Positions 16,996 through 26,607 of a DNA stretch of 64,000 nt are shown piece after piece; within the stretch, counting starts at the first letter, position 1, and the number at the start of each line of letters is the position of its first letter. This DNA is from a bacterium (GTDB lineage Bacteria; Krumholzibacteriota; Krumholzibacteriia; G020349025): the NCBI GenBank assembly GCA_031362565.1, contig JANLSU010000006.1:1-64000 (forward strand), in the 5' to 3' direction. The position numbers and the translations under genes were made by a program. The notes below the pieces were generated by a model. That model ran no database searches, was not told the DNA's origin, and was given only the letters and a program-made list of their open reading frames with translations.

Positions 16996-19227
16996 ATGAC
17001 GGAATCTCTGATTGGCAAAAGTGTCTCGCATTACACGGTGACCCGCAAGCTCGGGAGCGGCGGGATGGGCATCGTGTACGAAGCCGAGGACACGAAGCTC
17101 GAGCGCCGCGTCGCACTCAAGTTCCTTCCGCCGGAGATGGCGCAGGACTCGGGCTCGCTCGAGCGCTTCCAGCGCGAAGCGCGCGCCGCCTCGGCGCTCA
17201 ACCACCCCGGCATTTGCACCGTCTACGAGATCGACCAGCACGAGGGCCAGCACTTCATCGCGATGGAGTTGCTGGAAGGCGAGACGCTCGCCGAGCCGAT
17301 CCGTCGCGGCCCTTTGAACCTGGGGCCGCTTCTAGAGTTGGGGATCCAGATCGCGGACGCGCTCGAGTCGGCGCACGCGAAGGGGGTCGTGCACCGGGAT
17401 TTGAAGCCGGCCAACATCTTCGTCAGCTCGCGCGGCCGGTCGAAGATCCTGGACTTTGGCCTCGCGAAGATCGAGCGGTCACGTTTGTCGGGGGCGGACG
17501 GCGTGTCGCAGGCGGTGACGTCGGTGCATATCAACGATCTCACCGTCGCCGGCAGCCCGCTCGGCACGGTGTCCTATATGTCGCCCGAGCAAGCGCGTGG
17601 CCAGGTTACCGACCCACGCACCGACCTCTTCTCGCTGGGCACGGTTCTCTATCAAGCCGCCACCGGGGTGCTGCCCTTCCAGGGGGAATCGTCGGCGGTC
17701 GTCTTCGAGGCGATCTTGAACCGCGACCCCGCGCCACTCAGCCAGGTGAACCCGGTGCTGCCCGCGGAACTGAACCGCATCCTGGGCAAGGCGCTCGAAA
17801 AAGACCGCGGGATGCGCTATCAGACTGCCACGGATTTCAAGACCGACCTCATGCGTTTGAAGCGCGACACCGATTCCGGCAGCCGGCGAACGGCGGAGCT
17901 CAGCGACTCGCGGCCCGGTGCGCCAGCGAAGGCGGCCGAGAAATCGATCGCCGTCCTCTATTTCGAGAACCTTTCCGGGGTCAAGGAAGACGAGTACCTG
18001 CGTGATGGCGTGACTGAGGACATCATCACAGAGCTCTCGAAGATCAAGGGCTTGAGGATCCTGTCGCGCCCGACGGTGCTCCCGTACCGGGACAAATCCG
18101 TCACTGCGGCCGAAGTCGGGCAGCAACTCAAGGCGACCGTCGTGCTGACCGGCAGCATCCGGCGCGCCGGGAACCGACTGCGGATCACCGCTCAGCTCGT
18201 GGACGCGCAGACCGACTCGCTCGTCTGGTCCGAGCGCTACGACCGCGAGATGGCGGACGTGTTCGAGGTGCAGGACGAGATCGCGCGCAAGATCGCGGAG
18301 GCGCTGCGGATCACGCTCTCGCCGCAAGAGCAAGCGGCCATCGCCGCCAAACCGACCGACAATGCGCAAGCGTACGATTTGTACCTGCGCGGCAAGAGCT
18401 ATGCGCGCCGGATGACGCGCCAGGATGCAGAGTTCGCGCTGCAAATGTTCGAGAGCGCGGTCGCGATGGACCCCGGGTTCGCGATCTCGCATGCGGCCAT
18501 CGCCAACACGTGCGCCGAAACGTACTACCGCTCGGCGCGGACCCCAGCATGGATCGAGCGGGCCAAGGCCGCGAGCCAACGAGCGAGCGCTCTGGGAACC
18601 GACGCGCCGGAGGTCCGGTTGGCGGAAGGGTGGATTCTCTACGCCGAGGAGAAGTTCGACGAGGCGGTCACGCGCGCCCGGCAGTCGATCGATCGCAAGC
18701 CCGACGTCGAGGGCGGGTACTACTTGCTGGGCCGGTCGTTGTTCGCAGCCGGCAGATACCAGGAGATTGCCGACATGGCCGAAGCGGCAGTGGGTGCTGC
18801 CGGTGGCGACTACGATGTCTACGTGCCGATCACCAATGCGCTTCGCGCCCTTGGCAAAGAAGAAGCGGCGCGCAACCACACGCTGCAGCAGATTCAGGTT
18901 CTGGAAGGCCACCTCAAGGTATTTCCGGAGGACGCGCGCGCCCGCGTGCTCGTGGCGTGCTGCTATGCTGAATGGGAACGAATCGACGACGCCGTTCGCG
19001 AGCTGAACCTCGCGATGGCGCTCCGGCCGAACGAGCCTTCGGTGCTCTACAACGCGGCGTGCACCTTCTGCATGCTGGGGCGGAAGGCCGAAGCCATCGA
19101 CGCGCTAAAGAAGGCCTGGGAAACGGGCTGGCGGGACGTGACTTGGGTACGACGCGATCCGGACCTGGCGCGGTTGCATGGGGATCCGGACTTCGAGCGG
19201 TTGTATCCGGAGGGGGCGGGGGCGTAG
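16996..19227 (+). CDS. Hanks-type Ser/Thr kinase + TolB-N-like domain + TPR
   Basis: GSGGMG, VALK, HRDLKPAN, DFG, YMSPEQ; SIAVLYFENL..DGVTEDII; TPRs; YNAAC..RDPDL end. Confidence 0.92.
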   Translation: MTESLIGKSVSHYTVTRKLGSGGMGIVYEAEDTKLERRVALKFLPPEMAQDSGSLERFQREARAASALNHPGICTVYEIDQHEGQHFIAMELLEGETLAEPIRRGPLNLGPLLELGIQIADALESAHAKGVVHRDLKPANIFVSSRGRSKILDFGLAKIERSRLSGADGVSQAVTSVHINDLTVAGSPLGTVSYMSPEQARGQVTDPRTDLFSLGTVLYQAATGVLPFQGESSAVVFEAILNRDPAPLSQVNPVLPAELNRILGKALEKDRGMRYQTATDFKTDLMRLKRDTDSGSRRTAELSDSRPGAPAKAAEKSIAVLYFENLSGVKEDEYLRDGVTEDIITELSKIKGLRILSRPTVLPYRDKSVTAAEVGQQLKATVVLTGSIRRAGNRLRITAQLVDAQTDSLVWSERYDREMADVFEVQDEIARKIAEALRITLSPQEQAAIAAKPTDNAQAYDLYLRGKSYARRMTRQDAEFALQMFESAVAMDPGFAISHAAIANTCAETYYRSARTPAWIERAKAASQRASALGTDAPEVRLAEGWILYAEEKFDEAVTRARQSIDRKPDVEGGYYLLGRSLFAAGRYQEIADMAEAAVGAAGGDYDVYVPITNALRALGKEEAARNHTLQQIQVLEGHLKVFPEDARARVLVACCYAEWERIDDAVRELNLAMALRPNEPSVLYNAACTFCMLGRKAEAIDALKKAWETGWRDVTWVRRDPDLARLHGDPDFERLYPEGAGA

Positions 19228-19233
19228 GGCTGG

Positions 19234-19344
19234 GATCGAGGTAGAATCCTTGTCGTAGCGTTCGCGGAGCGCCCACCGCGGACACGCCTGATCTCTGCTA
19301 GACAGGCGACACCCCGTGAGCGCAGATCCTATGAAGAAGCCTAG
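19234..19344 (+). pseudogene. brnT: BrnT-family toxin, C-terminal part only
   Basis: DRGRILVVAFAERPPRTRLISARQATPRERRSYEEA*; starts 6 nt after the kinase stop with no start codon. Confidence 0.8.
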
Positions 19345-19573
19345 CCGTCCGCGTGAAACAACGGACCGCGATACCATGCGGCCTGAGTACGATTTCTCAA
19401 ATGGCATCCGAGGAGCGACGGCCAAGCGGTATGCTTCCGGCGCCAATGTCGTGATGATCGACCCAGAACTTATGGATGTTTTCCCGGACAGCGAATCCGT
19501 GAACGAGGCCTTGCGCGCCCTGGCGCCCTTCCTGCGCAAGAGACGCCCCAAGCGCCGCCGCAAGTCCGCCTGA
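19331..19573 (+). CDS. BrnA-like antitoxin
   Basis: MRPEYDFSNGIRG..VMIDPELMDVFPDSESVNEALRAL pattern; overlaps the brnT stub. Confidence 0.8.
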   Translation: MKKPSRPRETTDRDTMRPEYDFSNGIRGATAKRYASGANVVMIDPELMDVFPDSESVNEALRALAPFLRKRRPKRRRKSA

Positions 19574-19618
19574 CAAACGGTGAAACGCGCCGCTCCGCGT
19601 ACCGTGGCAGGTGAGCCG

Positions 19619-20296
19619 CTACCTGAGAATCGCGGCGTCCTCGATGAGCACGGCATAGGCGTAGCCCGAGCCCAAGTTCACGTCGGTGTGCACGATGCCC
19701 TTGACGGTCACGATGTCACCGCGCGCCGCCACATCCTTGGTCGTAACGAGGATGTCGTTCGTGCCGTCGGCCACTGTGCCGGTGCCGTCCTGCAGGTGGA
19801 GCCAGTTCTTGCCGAGGATACCGAGGTTGACCTTGACCACTTGGCCGCGTACCAGCACCGACTTGTCCTTGAAGGCGGTTCGGCCTTTCACAACTTCGGC
19901 GATGGTCCTGGCATCCGGGCCGATTGCCTTGGCGACCTTCGCCACCGCAGCGGTAGGCGCCGCGGCGCCGTGCGGCGGGGCAGGCTTAACGTTCGGGTCG
20001 ACGATCTGGCCGAAGACGATCTTGTCGAACTTCTTCTTGAGCGTCTTACTCTCGAAGTTTTCCATCATCATCGCGTCGCCGATCGTGACCACGGCGCCCT
20101 TCTTGACGGCGGTGGTCGGGACGGCGGCCCAGATTTCGCCCTCCGCCGTCTTGAGGCGCAGGTAGGTGTAGCTGTCGACGTCGCGGGTTTCAAGCACTTC
20201 ACCCTTCACCGTTATCGCCTGAGGAGAGGGCGCGGCCTGGGCGGTGGGGCCAGCGGCGGCGAGAACGAGGGCGACCAGCACGAGAACAGGTTTCAT
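19619..20296 (-). CDS. Exported OB-fold protein (NrfJ-related / nucleotide-binding type)
   Basis: Signal peptide; GEVLET..YTYL..EIWAA; FESKTLKKKFD; GILGKNWLHLQDG; GSGYAY. Confidence 0.7.
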   Translation of the reverse strand: MKPVLVLVALVLAAAGPTAQAAPSPQAITVKGEVLETRDVDSYTYLRLKTAEGEIWAAVPTTAVKKGAVVTIGDAMMMENFESKTLKKKFDKIVFGQIVDPNVKPAPPHGAAAPTAAVAKVAKAIGPDARTIAEVVKGRTAFKDKSVLVRGQVVKVNLGILGKNWLHLQDGTGTVADGTNDILVTTKDVAARGDIVTVKGIVHTDVNLGSGYAYAVLIEDAAILR

Positions 20297-20400
20297 CACG
20301 GTTTCTCCAAAGGGGCAATGGGCTCCATCATTCGAAGGAATGAAGCATGAACAGGAAATCGCTTCACGGCCCATTTGGGAAGGGAGTCGTCGATGGCCCG

Positions 20401-20437
20401 TTCATCCGAGAGGACCATCTTCTTCGACTCTGCGAGC
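20401..20437 (-). repeat. Stub matching the 3' end of the FlgD-CTD gene at 26608
   Basis: Encodes LAESKKMVLS; near-identical to 26607-26644. Confidence 0.75.
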
Positions 20438-20469
20438 ATCCCCGAGCCCGAGGATCGGACTCGACCAAG

Positions 20470-20485
20470 GTGACATTGTTGTCAC
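20470..20485. promoter_or_regulatory. Palindromic putative TF site between divergent genes
   Basis: GTGACA-N4-TGTCAC. Confidence 0.4.
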
Positions 20486-20658
20486 AATTGAATCCTTGGT
20501 TTGAATGCTTGCCGAACCGAACAGGCGGCGCATTTCAAAGGAAGATTGAGCATTTGGCACGCGGACATGCTAGGCTCAGGCGTTCCCCAACTGGCGTCCG
20601 CGCCCCCACGCCTTTCAGACGCCCGAGGTGATTCGTTTCACCTCTCGAGGAGCCTTTC

Positions 20659-23600
20659 ATGCGCTCTCGTTTCCCGCGCGCCGCGCCGGCCGTTGTGGCA
20701 TTCCTGTTGTTTGCCGCGAGCGCCGCGCACGGCGCTCTGCTCACTCGAGGGCCTTACCTGCAGTCGGTCAACTCGACGAGCGCCGTCGTCATGTGGCGGT
20801 GCACGTCGACGGCAAGCGTCGTGCTGGAGTATGGGCCCACGCCGGCGCTCGGCACCCAGATCAACCTGACGCCCGGCAGCGCGCAGTACGAACCCGAACT
20901 CACAGGCCTCGCACCCGCAACTCAGTATTGGTATCGCATTGTCGCCGACGGCCAGGTCTTGGCGGGCGGGTCCAGCTTCCGCTTCACGACCGCGCCGGAG
21001 CCCAATTCCGGCCGCGGCACCGAGTTCGTCTTATGGGGCGACTCCGGCAAGGGCAGCGCGAGCCAGACGGCGGTCGCCGCGGTCCTGAACGCGCAGCAAG
21101 CCGACTTCGGCCTGATCGTAGGCGACATCATGTATTCGGACGCGCTCCTGCACTACGACGATTCGTACTTCGTGCCGTACGCGGGGCTCATCCGCCATGC
21201 ACCGGTGTGGGCGGTGCGCGGCAACCACGATACCGACATCGCGACGTACACGGACGTCTGGCACCTGCCGGTCAATCCGGTCGACGGCAGCGAGCTGTTT
21301 TATTCCTTCGACTACGGCGATCTGCATTTCAGCGTATTGGATTCGAACGCCATCACTCCAACCGTGCTGGCGTGGCTGGACGCCGATCTCGCCTCGACCA
21401 CGCGGCGCTGGAAGTTCATCGCGCTGCACCACACGATTTGGTCGTGCGGATCGGCCCATGGCAACAGCTCGACGTTGCAGGGGTGGATCGCGCCGATCGC
21501 CGAAGCCCGCGGCGTCGACATGGTCTTGTACGGCCACGACCACGATTACGAACGCACGTGGCCGATGGCGGACAGCGTAGCGACCTCGACAGCGTCGAAT
21601 CCCGACTTCGTGAACCCGGGCGCGCCGATCTACATGGTGTCGGGCGGCGGTGCAGACCCGCGGCCACTGCTCACGCCGCCGTGTTTCTTTTCGGCAGCGG
21701 CGCTTGCGATCTCGCATGCCGTGCGCTTTGAGGTGGACGGCGATCTCCTGTCGCTCGAGTGCCTCGATGCTTCAGGCGTGATCCGGGACCGGATGACTTT
21801 GTACAAGAGCACGACGCCGACCGACGGTGCGCTCGATCTCTTCGCGCCACGCGGCGGCGAGAGCTTCACCATCGGGGCGAGCGTGAACGTGCGCTGGGCC
21901 GCGAGCCGCGGTATGGGCGACGTGCGGCTCGAACTCTCGCGGACGGGCCCCACTGGACCTTGGGAGACGCTCGCCGCGCAGACGCCGAACGACGGCGCCG
22001 AACAAGTGACACTCGTGGGGCCAACGGCATCCGAGGCCTGGATGCGGATTTCGGCAGCCGACGGCAGTCCTGCGGTCGATATAATGGACGCGGCGTTCGC
22101 GATTCTCGACGGCCCGCCACCCCCGCCTCCGCCTCCGCCTCCTCCCCCTCCACCACCGCCGCCGGATCCGAATCTGCCGCCGGTCACGGCGACCGCGCGC
22201 ATCAACTTCCAGCCGCGTACGACGACAGCGCCCGTCGGTTACACGATCGACGCCGGCGACGCCTTCGACACCGTGCGTGGATTCGGATGGACGCCGCGCG
22301 TCACCGTGGAAGCGCGCAACAGCAGCGTGGAGGTGCGGCTCGATACGTACGCGTACGTCACCAACCCCGCGGCCGCCACCTGGCAGATGGCGGTAACGAA
22401 CGGCAGCTACCGGCTGACGTTCGTCGTGGGCGATCCCAGCTTCAGCGGCGTGCATCGCGTGGATGTCGAAGGGGTGCGCGCGGTGAACGACGTCGCGACG
22501 ACCGGCAGCTTCTACACGGTCAGCAACTGGCCGGTGGACGTGGCGGACGGATTCTTGACGATCCGTCTGGGCGGGATCACGGGCAACACGAAGAAGTCCA
22601 AGATCTGTTATCTCGATCTCGACCCCGCGGGCACCAACCCGCCGCCGCCGCCACCCGTGAATCAGCCGCCGGTGGTCGCGATCAACGTCGCGCCGCGGAC
22701 CGGCACCGCGCCGCTCGCCGTCGGGACGAGTGCGAGCGCAACCGACCCCGAAAACCAGACCATCACGTATGACTGGCGATTCGGCGACGGCGGTACGGCA
22801 TCTGGCGCGCAGGCACAACACACCTATTCGCAGACGGGCACTTTCTGGGCCGTCGTTCGTGCGACGGATCCTGCCGGTGCGTCGGACGCCGAAAGCCTGA
22901 CAGTGACGGTGTCCCCGCCAACGCCACCTCAGAATCAACCGCCCACCGTCGCGCTCACCGTAACCCCGCGCACGGGGACGGCGCCGCTCGCAGTGAATGT
23001 GAGTGCAACCGCGACGGATCCCGAGAATCAGGCCATCACGTACAAATGGCGCTTTGGCGACGGCGGTACGGCGTCGACCGCCCAGGCGCAGCACACGTAC
23101 GCGCAGGCGGGCACATACTGGGCCGCCGTTCGCGCGACGGACCCGGCGGGTGCCGCGGACTCGGAAAGCTTGACCGTCACGGTTTCGGCGCCGCTGCCGC
23201 CACCGCCGCCCTCCACGACCGCGCTCAAGATCGACTTCAAACCCACGGCTGCCGCGCTTGCCGTCGGCTATACGGCCGACACTGGCGCCAAATTCGACGC
23301 CGTACGTAAGTTCGGCTGGGACAAGTCCGTGTCGACAGACGTGCGCAACCGGAATGCCGACCTGCGGCTCGACACGTTCGCCTATGCGACGAATCCGGCA
23401 TTCCGCATTTGGGACGCGGTGTTGCCCAACGGCAGTTATCTCGTGACGCTCGCGCTCGGCGATCCAGCCGGTACCGGGCGCCATCGGCTCCTGCTGCAGG
23501 GCGCAGTGGTCGTGGCGGATGCGTCGACGGCCGACAACCAATTCATCACCCTGACCGATGTCCCCGTCACGGTGATCGACGGCAGGTTGCACATGCAGAT

Positions 23601-23970
23601 CGGCGGTATCGCCGGCACGTCGAAGAAGACCAAGGTGTGCTACATCGATGTGCGGCCGGCGCCGGCAGCAAAGCCCGACGACCTGGCCGTGCGCGCCTTG
23701 TGGCGCGTCGAGCTGCGCCCGAATCCGGCGCGAGGCAGTGTGGGATATGCCCTGCGCTTGCCCGCGTCGGCCGACGTTTCCGTGCGGATCTTCGATGTGC
23801 GCGGGCAGCTCGTGCGGACGCTGCACGACGGTGCAGTGCCGGGCGGCACCTTCACCGCGACATGGGACCGGCGGGACGAGTCCGGACGGGAGGTCGAAAG
23901 CGGCATCTACTTCGTACGGACGCGCACCCAGGGACGCGTACAAACCGACAAGCTGACTCTTGTACGGTGA
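20659..23970 (+). CDS. Secreted purple-acid-phosphatase-like metallophosphoesterase with 2 beta-sandwich modules, 2 PKD domains and FlgD-Ig CTD
   Basis: RGPYLQ FN3; GD, GDIMY, GNHD, HH, GHDH motifs; two W.FGDG PKD repeats; about 17-Pro linker at 22114-22164; CTD. Confidence 0.88.
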   Translation: MRSRFPRAAPAVVAFLLFAASAAHGALLTRGPYLQSVNSTSAVVMWRCTSTASVVLEYGPTPALGTQINLTPGSAQYEPELTGLAPATQYWYRIVADGQVLAGGSSFRFTTAPEPNSGRGTEFVLWGDSGKGSASQTAVAAVLNAQQADFGLIVGDIMYSDALLHYDDSYFVPYAGLIRHAPVWAVRGNHDTDIATYTDVWHLPVNPVDGSELFYSFDYGDLHFSVLDSNAITPTVLAWLDADLASTTRRWKFIALHHTIWSCGSAHGNSSTLQGWIAPIAEARGVDMVLYGHDHDYERTWPMADSVATSTASNPDFVNPGAPIYMVSGGGADPRPLLTPPCFFSAAALAISHAVRFEVDGDLLSLECLDASGVIRDRMTLYKSTTPTDGALDLFAPRGGESFTIGASVNVRWAASRGMGDVRLELSRTGPTGPWETLAAQTPNDGAEQVTLVGPTASEAWMRISAADGSPAVDIMDAAFAILDGPPPPPPPPPPPPPPPPPDPNLPPVTATARINFQPRTTTAPVGYTIDAGDAFDTVRGFGWTPRVTVEARNSSVEVRLDTYAYVTNPAAATWQMAVTNGSYRLTFVVGDPSFSGVHRVDVEGVRAVNDVATTGSFYTVSNWPVDVADGFLTIRLGGITGNTKKSKICYLDLDPAGTNPPPPPPVNQPPVVAINVAPRTGTAPLAVGTSASATDPENQTITYDWRFGDGGTASGAQAQHTYSQTGTFWAVVRATDPAGASDAESLTVTVSPPTPPQNQPPTVALTVTPRTGTAPLAVNVSATATDPENQAITYKWRFGDGGTASTAQAQHTYAQAGTYWAAVRATDPAGAADSESLTVTVSAPLPPPPPSTTALKIDFKPTAAALAVGYTADTGAKFDAVRKFGWDKSVSTDVRNRNADLRLDTFAYATNPAFRIWDAVLPNGSYLVTLALGDPAGTGRHRLLLQGAVVVADASTADNQFITLTDVPVTVIDGRLHMQIGGIAGTSKKTKVCYIDVRPAPAAKPDDLAVRALWRVELRPNPARGSVGYALRLPASADVSVRIFDVRGQLVRTLHDGAVPGGTFTATWDRRDESGREVESGIYFVRTRTQGRVQTDKLTLVR

Positions 23971-23989
23971 GGTTCCGCTTAGGCGCCCT

Positions 23990-24167
23990 CGGCGCGCCGT
24001 TGACACCGGATCTCCGGGTCGCAATATTTTCGACAGACCCGAGTGGACCGCCCTGCGGAAATGGCTGGTCCAGTACACAACTGCAGTTTTGCGCACCGTG
24101 CCGGTTGACAGCAACACAACTGAACGCTTGGGGCCGGGTCAAGTCGCTCTATCGACAAGGTCGGTGA
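23990..24167 (+). pseudogene. 3' stub of a secreted-protein gene with WGxVK tail
   Basis: ..CAPCRLTATQLNAWGRVKSLYRQGR*; no plausible start, left boundary approximate. Confidence 0.6.
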
Positions 24168-24168
24168 G

Positions 24169-24690
24169 ATGCGAGTCGGGATGCGATTGGTTCAGAGAAT
24201 CACCGTAGCGGCCTCCTTGGTGGCGGCGGGATGCGGTGACACAGGTTCACTGCATCCTGTGCCAGTGACGCCGGGGAGACTCGAAGGATCATTGACGCTG
24301 TCGTCCCCGGTCGGCGATCCCGCCACAATCATCGAGGTTCATGCCTTGGTCCGAAATGCGGGTGGATCGCCACTGCGTTACTGGGCAGACTGCTCCGGAC
24401 CGCCGCTTCGGGCGATCGGACCACAGGGTGAGACGGTTTTCCCGTTGGGCTGGAGAACTCTACCGGGCTGTACTCCGGCCCGGCGCCAAGCGGATCTGCA
24501 GCCTGGCGCGCAGCTCGTATTCAACGTGCCGTTTCGCGGCTATCTCGAGGATCGAGTTACCGTCATGAGGCCAGCTGCACCAGGGTCCTATCGCGTCGAC
24601 CTGCATTTCAGCGCATGGTTTGTTGCCGATGCGGTCGACACATTGACCGTGGAGCAACAGGCAGCGTTTGTTTGGAACTCCGCTCACTGA
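24169..24690 (+). CDS. Lipoprotein with Ig-like beta-sandwich
   Basis: Lipobox VAAGC; LQPG and APGSYRV motifs. Confidence 0.7.
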   Translation: MRVGMRLVQRITVAASLVAAGCGDTGSLHPVPVTPGRLEGSLTLSSPVGDPATIIEVHALVRNAGGSPLRYWADCSGPPLRAIGPQGETVFPLGWRTLPGCTPARRQADLQPGAQLVFNVPFRGYLEDRVTVMRPAAPGSYRVDLHFSAWFVADAVDTLTVEQQAAFVWNSAH

Positions 24691-24734
24691 CGGGAGGGAC
24701 GCGGACGTGCCTGTCGTGACAGGCGGGCCGCAAA

Positions 24735-25148
24735 CTAAGTCGCGCGGCTGTTCTTCTTGGGATCTCTTGCGCGCGATCTCCGGGATACGGTTCTAGAGCG
24801 GATGTGCGGTTTTCTAACTCGATGGTGGTTGGAGGCCGCGGGCAGAGGGATGAACTGGACTTGGATTTTGTTCTTGAGCGCCGCGGCGATGCGTTGCAGC
24901 ACCGAGAGGGAATGGCCCTCATAGTCAGCATCCTCGAGACGGCAAATGACCGAGGCCGTCGTTCCAACGAGCACGGCAAGCTGTCGCTGGCTGAGTCCGG
25001 AAGCCGTACGGAGTTCGTAGATCTTGCGCGCGATCTTGGCGTTTAAGCGCTCTTCTTCGAGCGAGGCGAGGCGCTCCGGCTTCCCCTCGTAGTATCGCCG
25101 GTGCAGGATCTCGATGGCGCCCGACTTGGGCGCTGTCTTCGTAGCCAT
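24735..25148 (-). CDS. Xre-HTH antitoxin (HigA-like)
   Basis: LRTASGLSQRQLAVLVGTTASVICRLEDADYEGHSL; overlaps the stop of the upstream RelE-like gene. Confidence 0.88.
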   Translation of the reverse strand: MATKTAPKSGAIEILHRRYYEGKPERLASLEEERLNAKIARKIYELRTASGLSQRQLAVLVGTTASVICRLEDADYEGHSLSVLQRIAAALKNKIQVQFIPLPAASNHHRVRKPHIRSRTVSRRSRARDPKKNSRAT

Positions 25149-25388
25149 CAGGTCGCCTCCTCGTACGTATGCCTCGCGGGGTTCACGGTGAATCTCTTCC
25201 TGCGCTCGATCGCTCGGTCAATTTCCGGGCGTGGAACCTCAGCTTGCTGCTTCGTGATGCCGTGCGAGACAACGGCGGCGTGCTGCCCGTGGAAGAAATA
25301 GAGCATTCGATAGTTCACCCGCTGATGCTTCGCTCGCAGGGCGCCGGAGCTCATGGCCCAACTCCTCGAGTCGCTCGATCCGGACGCA
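25148..25388 (-). pseudogene. RelE/HigB (Gp49-like) toxin, truncated and frameshifted
   Basis: CVRIERLEELGHELRRP in one frame joins LRAKHQRVNYRMLYFF..SHGITK in another; the intervening segment and N-terminus are missing. Confidence 0.8.
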
Positions 25389-25404
25389 TCCCCGGTCATC
25401 CCGC

Positions 25405-25588
25405 TTCAGGACGGCTTCGATCGCTATCGGTCCACGAGACCGGCCTTGTTGTCGGGGCTATTTGGGTGCATTGTGTCGACCGTAAAGCGCGACAAGGCGA
25501 CCGCAATGCAGTGCGAACTGAACTGGGCGACAACGTGGTCGTGAACGTGGTTCGTCTCGTTCGGGACGCCCGTCGTGTCGCTGCACGG
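25405..25588 (+). pseudogene. Degenerate copy of the DUF1016 gene 5' region
   Basis: High identity to 34913-35095 with indels. Confidence 0.85.
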
Positions 25589-25679
25589 CATCGGAGTATT
25601 GTCCTCGCGTCGGAGGTGCCCACGCTCTCGGGCTTGGCGCAGCTCTGCGGCCGTCATCCCCAACCAAAGGGCGTGCCCG

Positions 25680-26519
25680 ATGAAGGCATTCCGTTCCGCC
25701 CTGTTCATCACCAGCCTGCTGGCCCCCCTGCCCGCATCCGCTGCGCCCAAGCACATCATCCTCAGCGACAGCCTGCTCGCCAATGCCGACCAGTGGGACG
25801 TGAAACGAAACGACCATTGGGTGGGGATGAATAAATGGCAGTTTGGTGATTATGCCGTCGTGGCCAGCAAGACGGGATGGACCACCGGAGGGACGCACAC
25901 GAACCTCTTCAAGACCAAGACCGAAAGCCACTCCGACAACAAGTTTTCGTTCGTCATGAGCAACAAGACGGCGGATTCTGCATTCGTGGATGCCACGCAT
26001 CAGGTCATCGCGCGATCGAACCCGGGATTGAAGGTGGCGGAGGGCGTGCGCCTCGGTGGCGATGATCAAACGGTGGAGACCGATCATTTCATCGCGTCCA
26101 TTTCCATCGGTCGCGATTCGACGGAGATGTGGGACCTATTCGTCGGCGACACCGAAGTTACCGATTCCGGCGGCGACCGTGACGACCTGGCCCGCCACAC
26201 GGCCGTTTTGATCCACGGGGACAGACGCATCGCGCTGGTCCCTGTGTTCTCCGAGAAGCTCGACCAAAAGCAGTCGTTCGCTTCGAAGTTTACCCAGCAG
26301 TTCCGTCCTCCTGCCATGGGATACGAGTTCGTCGAATCGGGCCATTCGCTCTCTGCGGTGGAGTACTACAGCTCGGGGGTGTCAGGCTTGTACAAGAACA
26401 CGGTCTGGATGGACAAGCGCGCAGACGCACGATTGCGACTCGTCCTCGCCGCCGCGATGACGTCGATGCTGGAACTGAAATGCCAGGAACCGCCCACTGA
26501 TCCGCCGGATCAGAAATGA
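25680..26519 (+). CDS. Secreted hypothetical protein
   Basis: Signal peptide ending ASA-A; natural composition. Confidence 0.7.
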   Translation: MKAFRSALFITSLLAPLPASAAPKHIILSDSLLANADQWDVKRNDHWVGMNKWQFGDYAVVASKTGWTTGGTHTNLFKTKTESHSDNKFSFVMSNKTADSAFVDATHQVIARSNPGLKVAEGVRLGGDDQTVETDHFIASISIGRDSTEMWDLFVGDTEVTDSGGDRDDLARHTAVLIHGDRRIALVPVFSEKLDQKQSFASKFTQQFRPPAMGYEFVESGHSLSAVEYYSSGVSGLYKNTVWMDKRADARLRLVLAAAMTSMLELKCQEPPTDPPDQK

Positions 26520-26557
26520 GCGGAATAGCCCGGAGCGCTGTTCCTGCCGGCCACGGC

Positions 26558-26587
26558 GCTTGGGCTTGGGCTCGGGCTCGGGCTCGT
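26558..26587. repeat. Hexamer tandem repeat (GCTYGG) x5
   Basis: gcttgg gcttgg gctcgg gctcgg gctcgt between convergent genes. Confidence 0.6.
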
Positions 26588-26607
26588 CCTCCCGGCCCCG
26601 TCCCGTT

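Noticed and set aside
20554..20572. Sigma54 promoter (TGGCAC..GC)
   Set aside because: GG-to-GC spacing is 11 nt rather than the required 10
21772..24117. Long antisense and alternate-frame ORFs (781 aa here; also 32978-34723, 50257-51960, 17479-18912)
   Set aside because: Arg/Gly/Ala-rich shadows of real genes, as expected in high-GC DNA
26558..26587. Phase-variable simple repeat
   Set aside because: Imperfect and located between convergent 3' ends, so no obvious effect on expression
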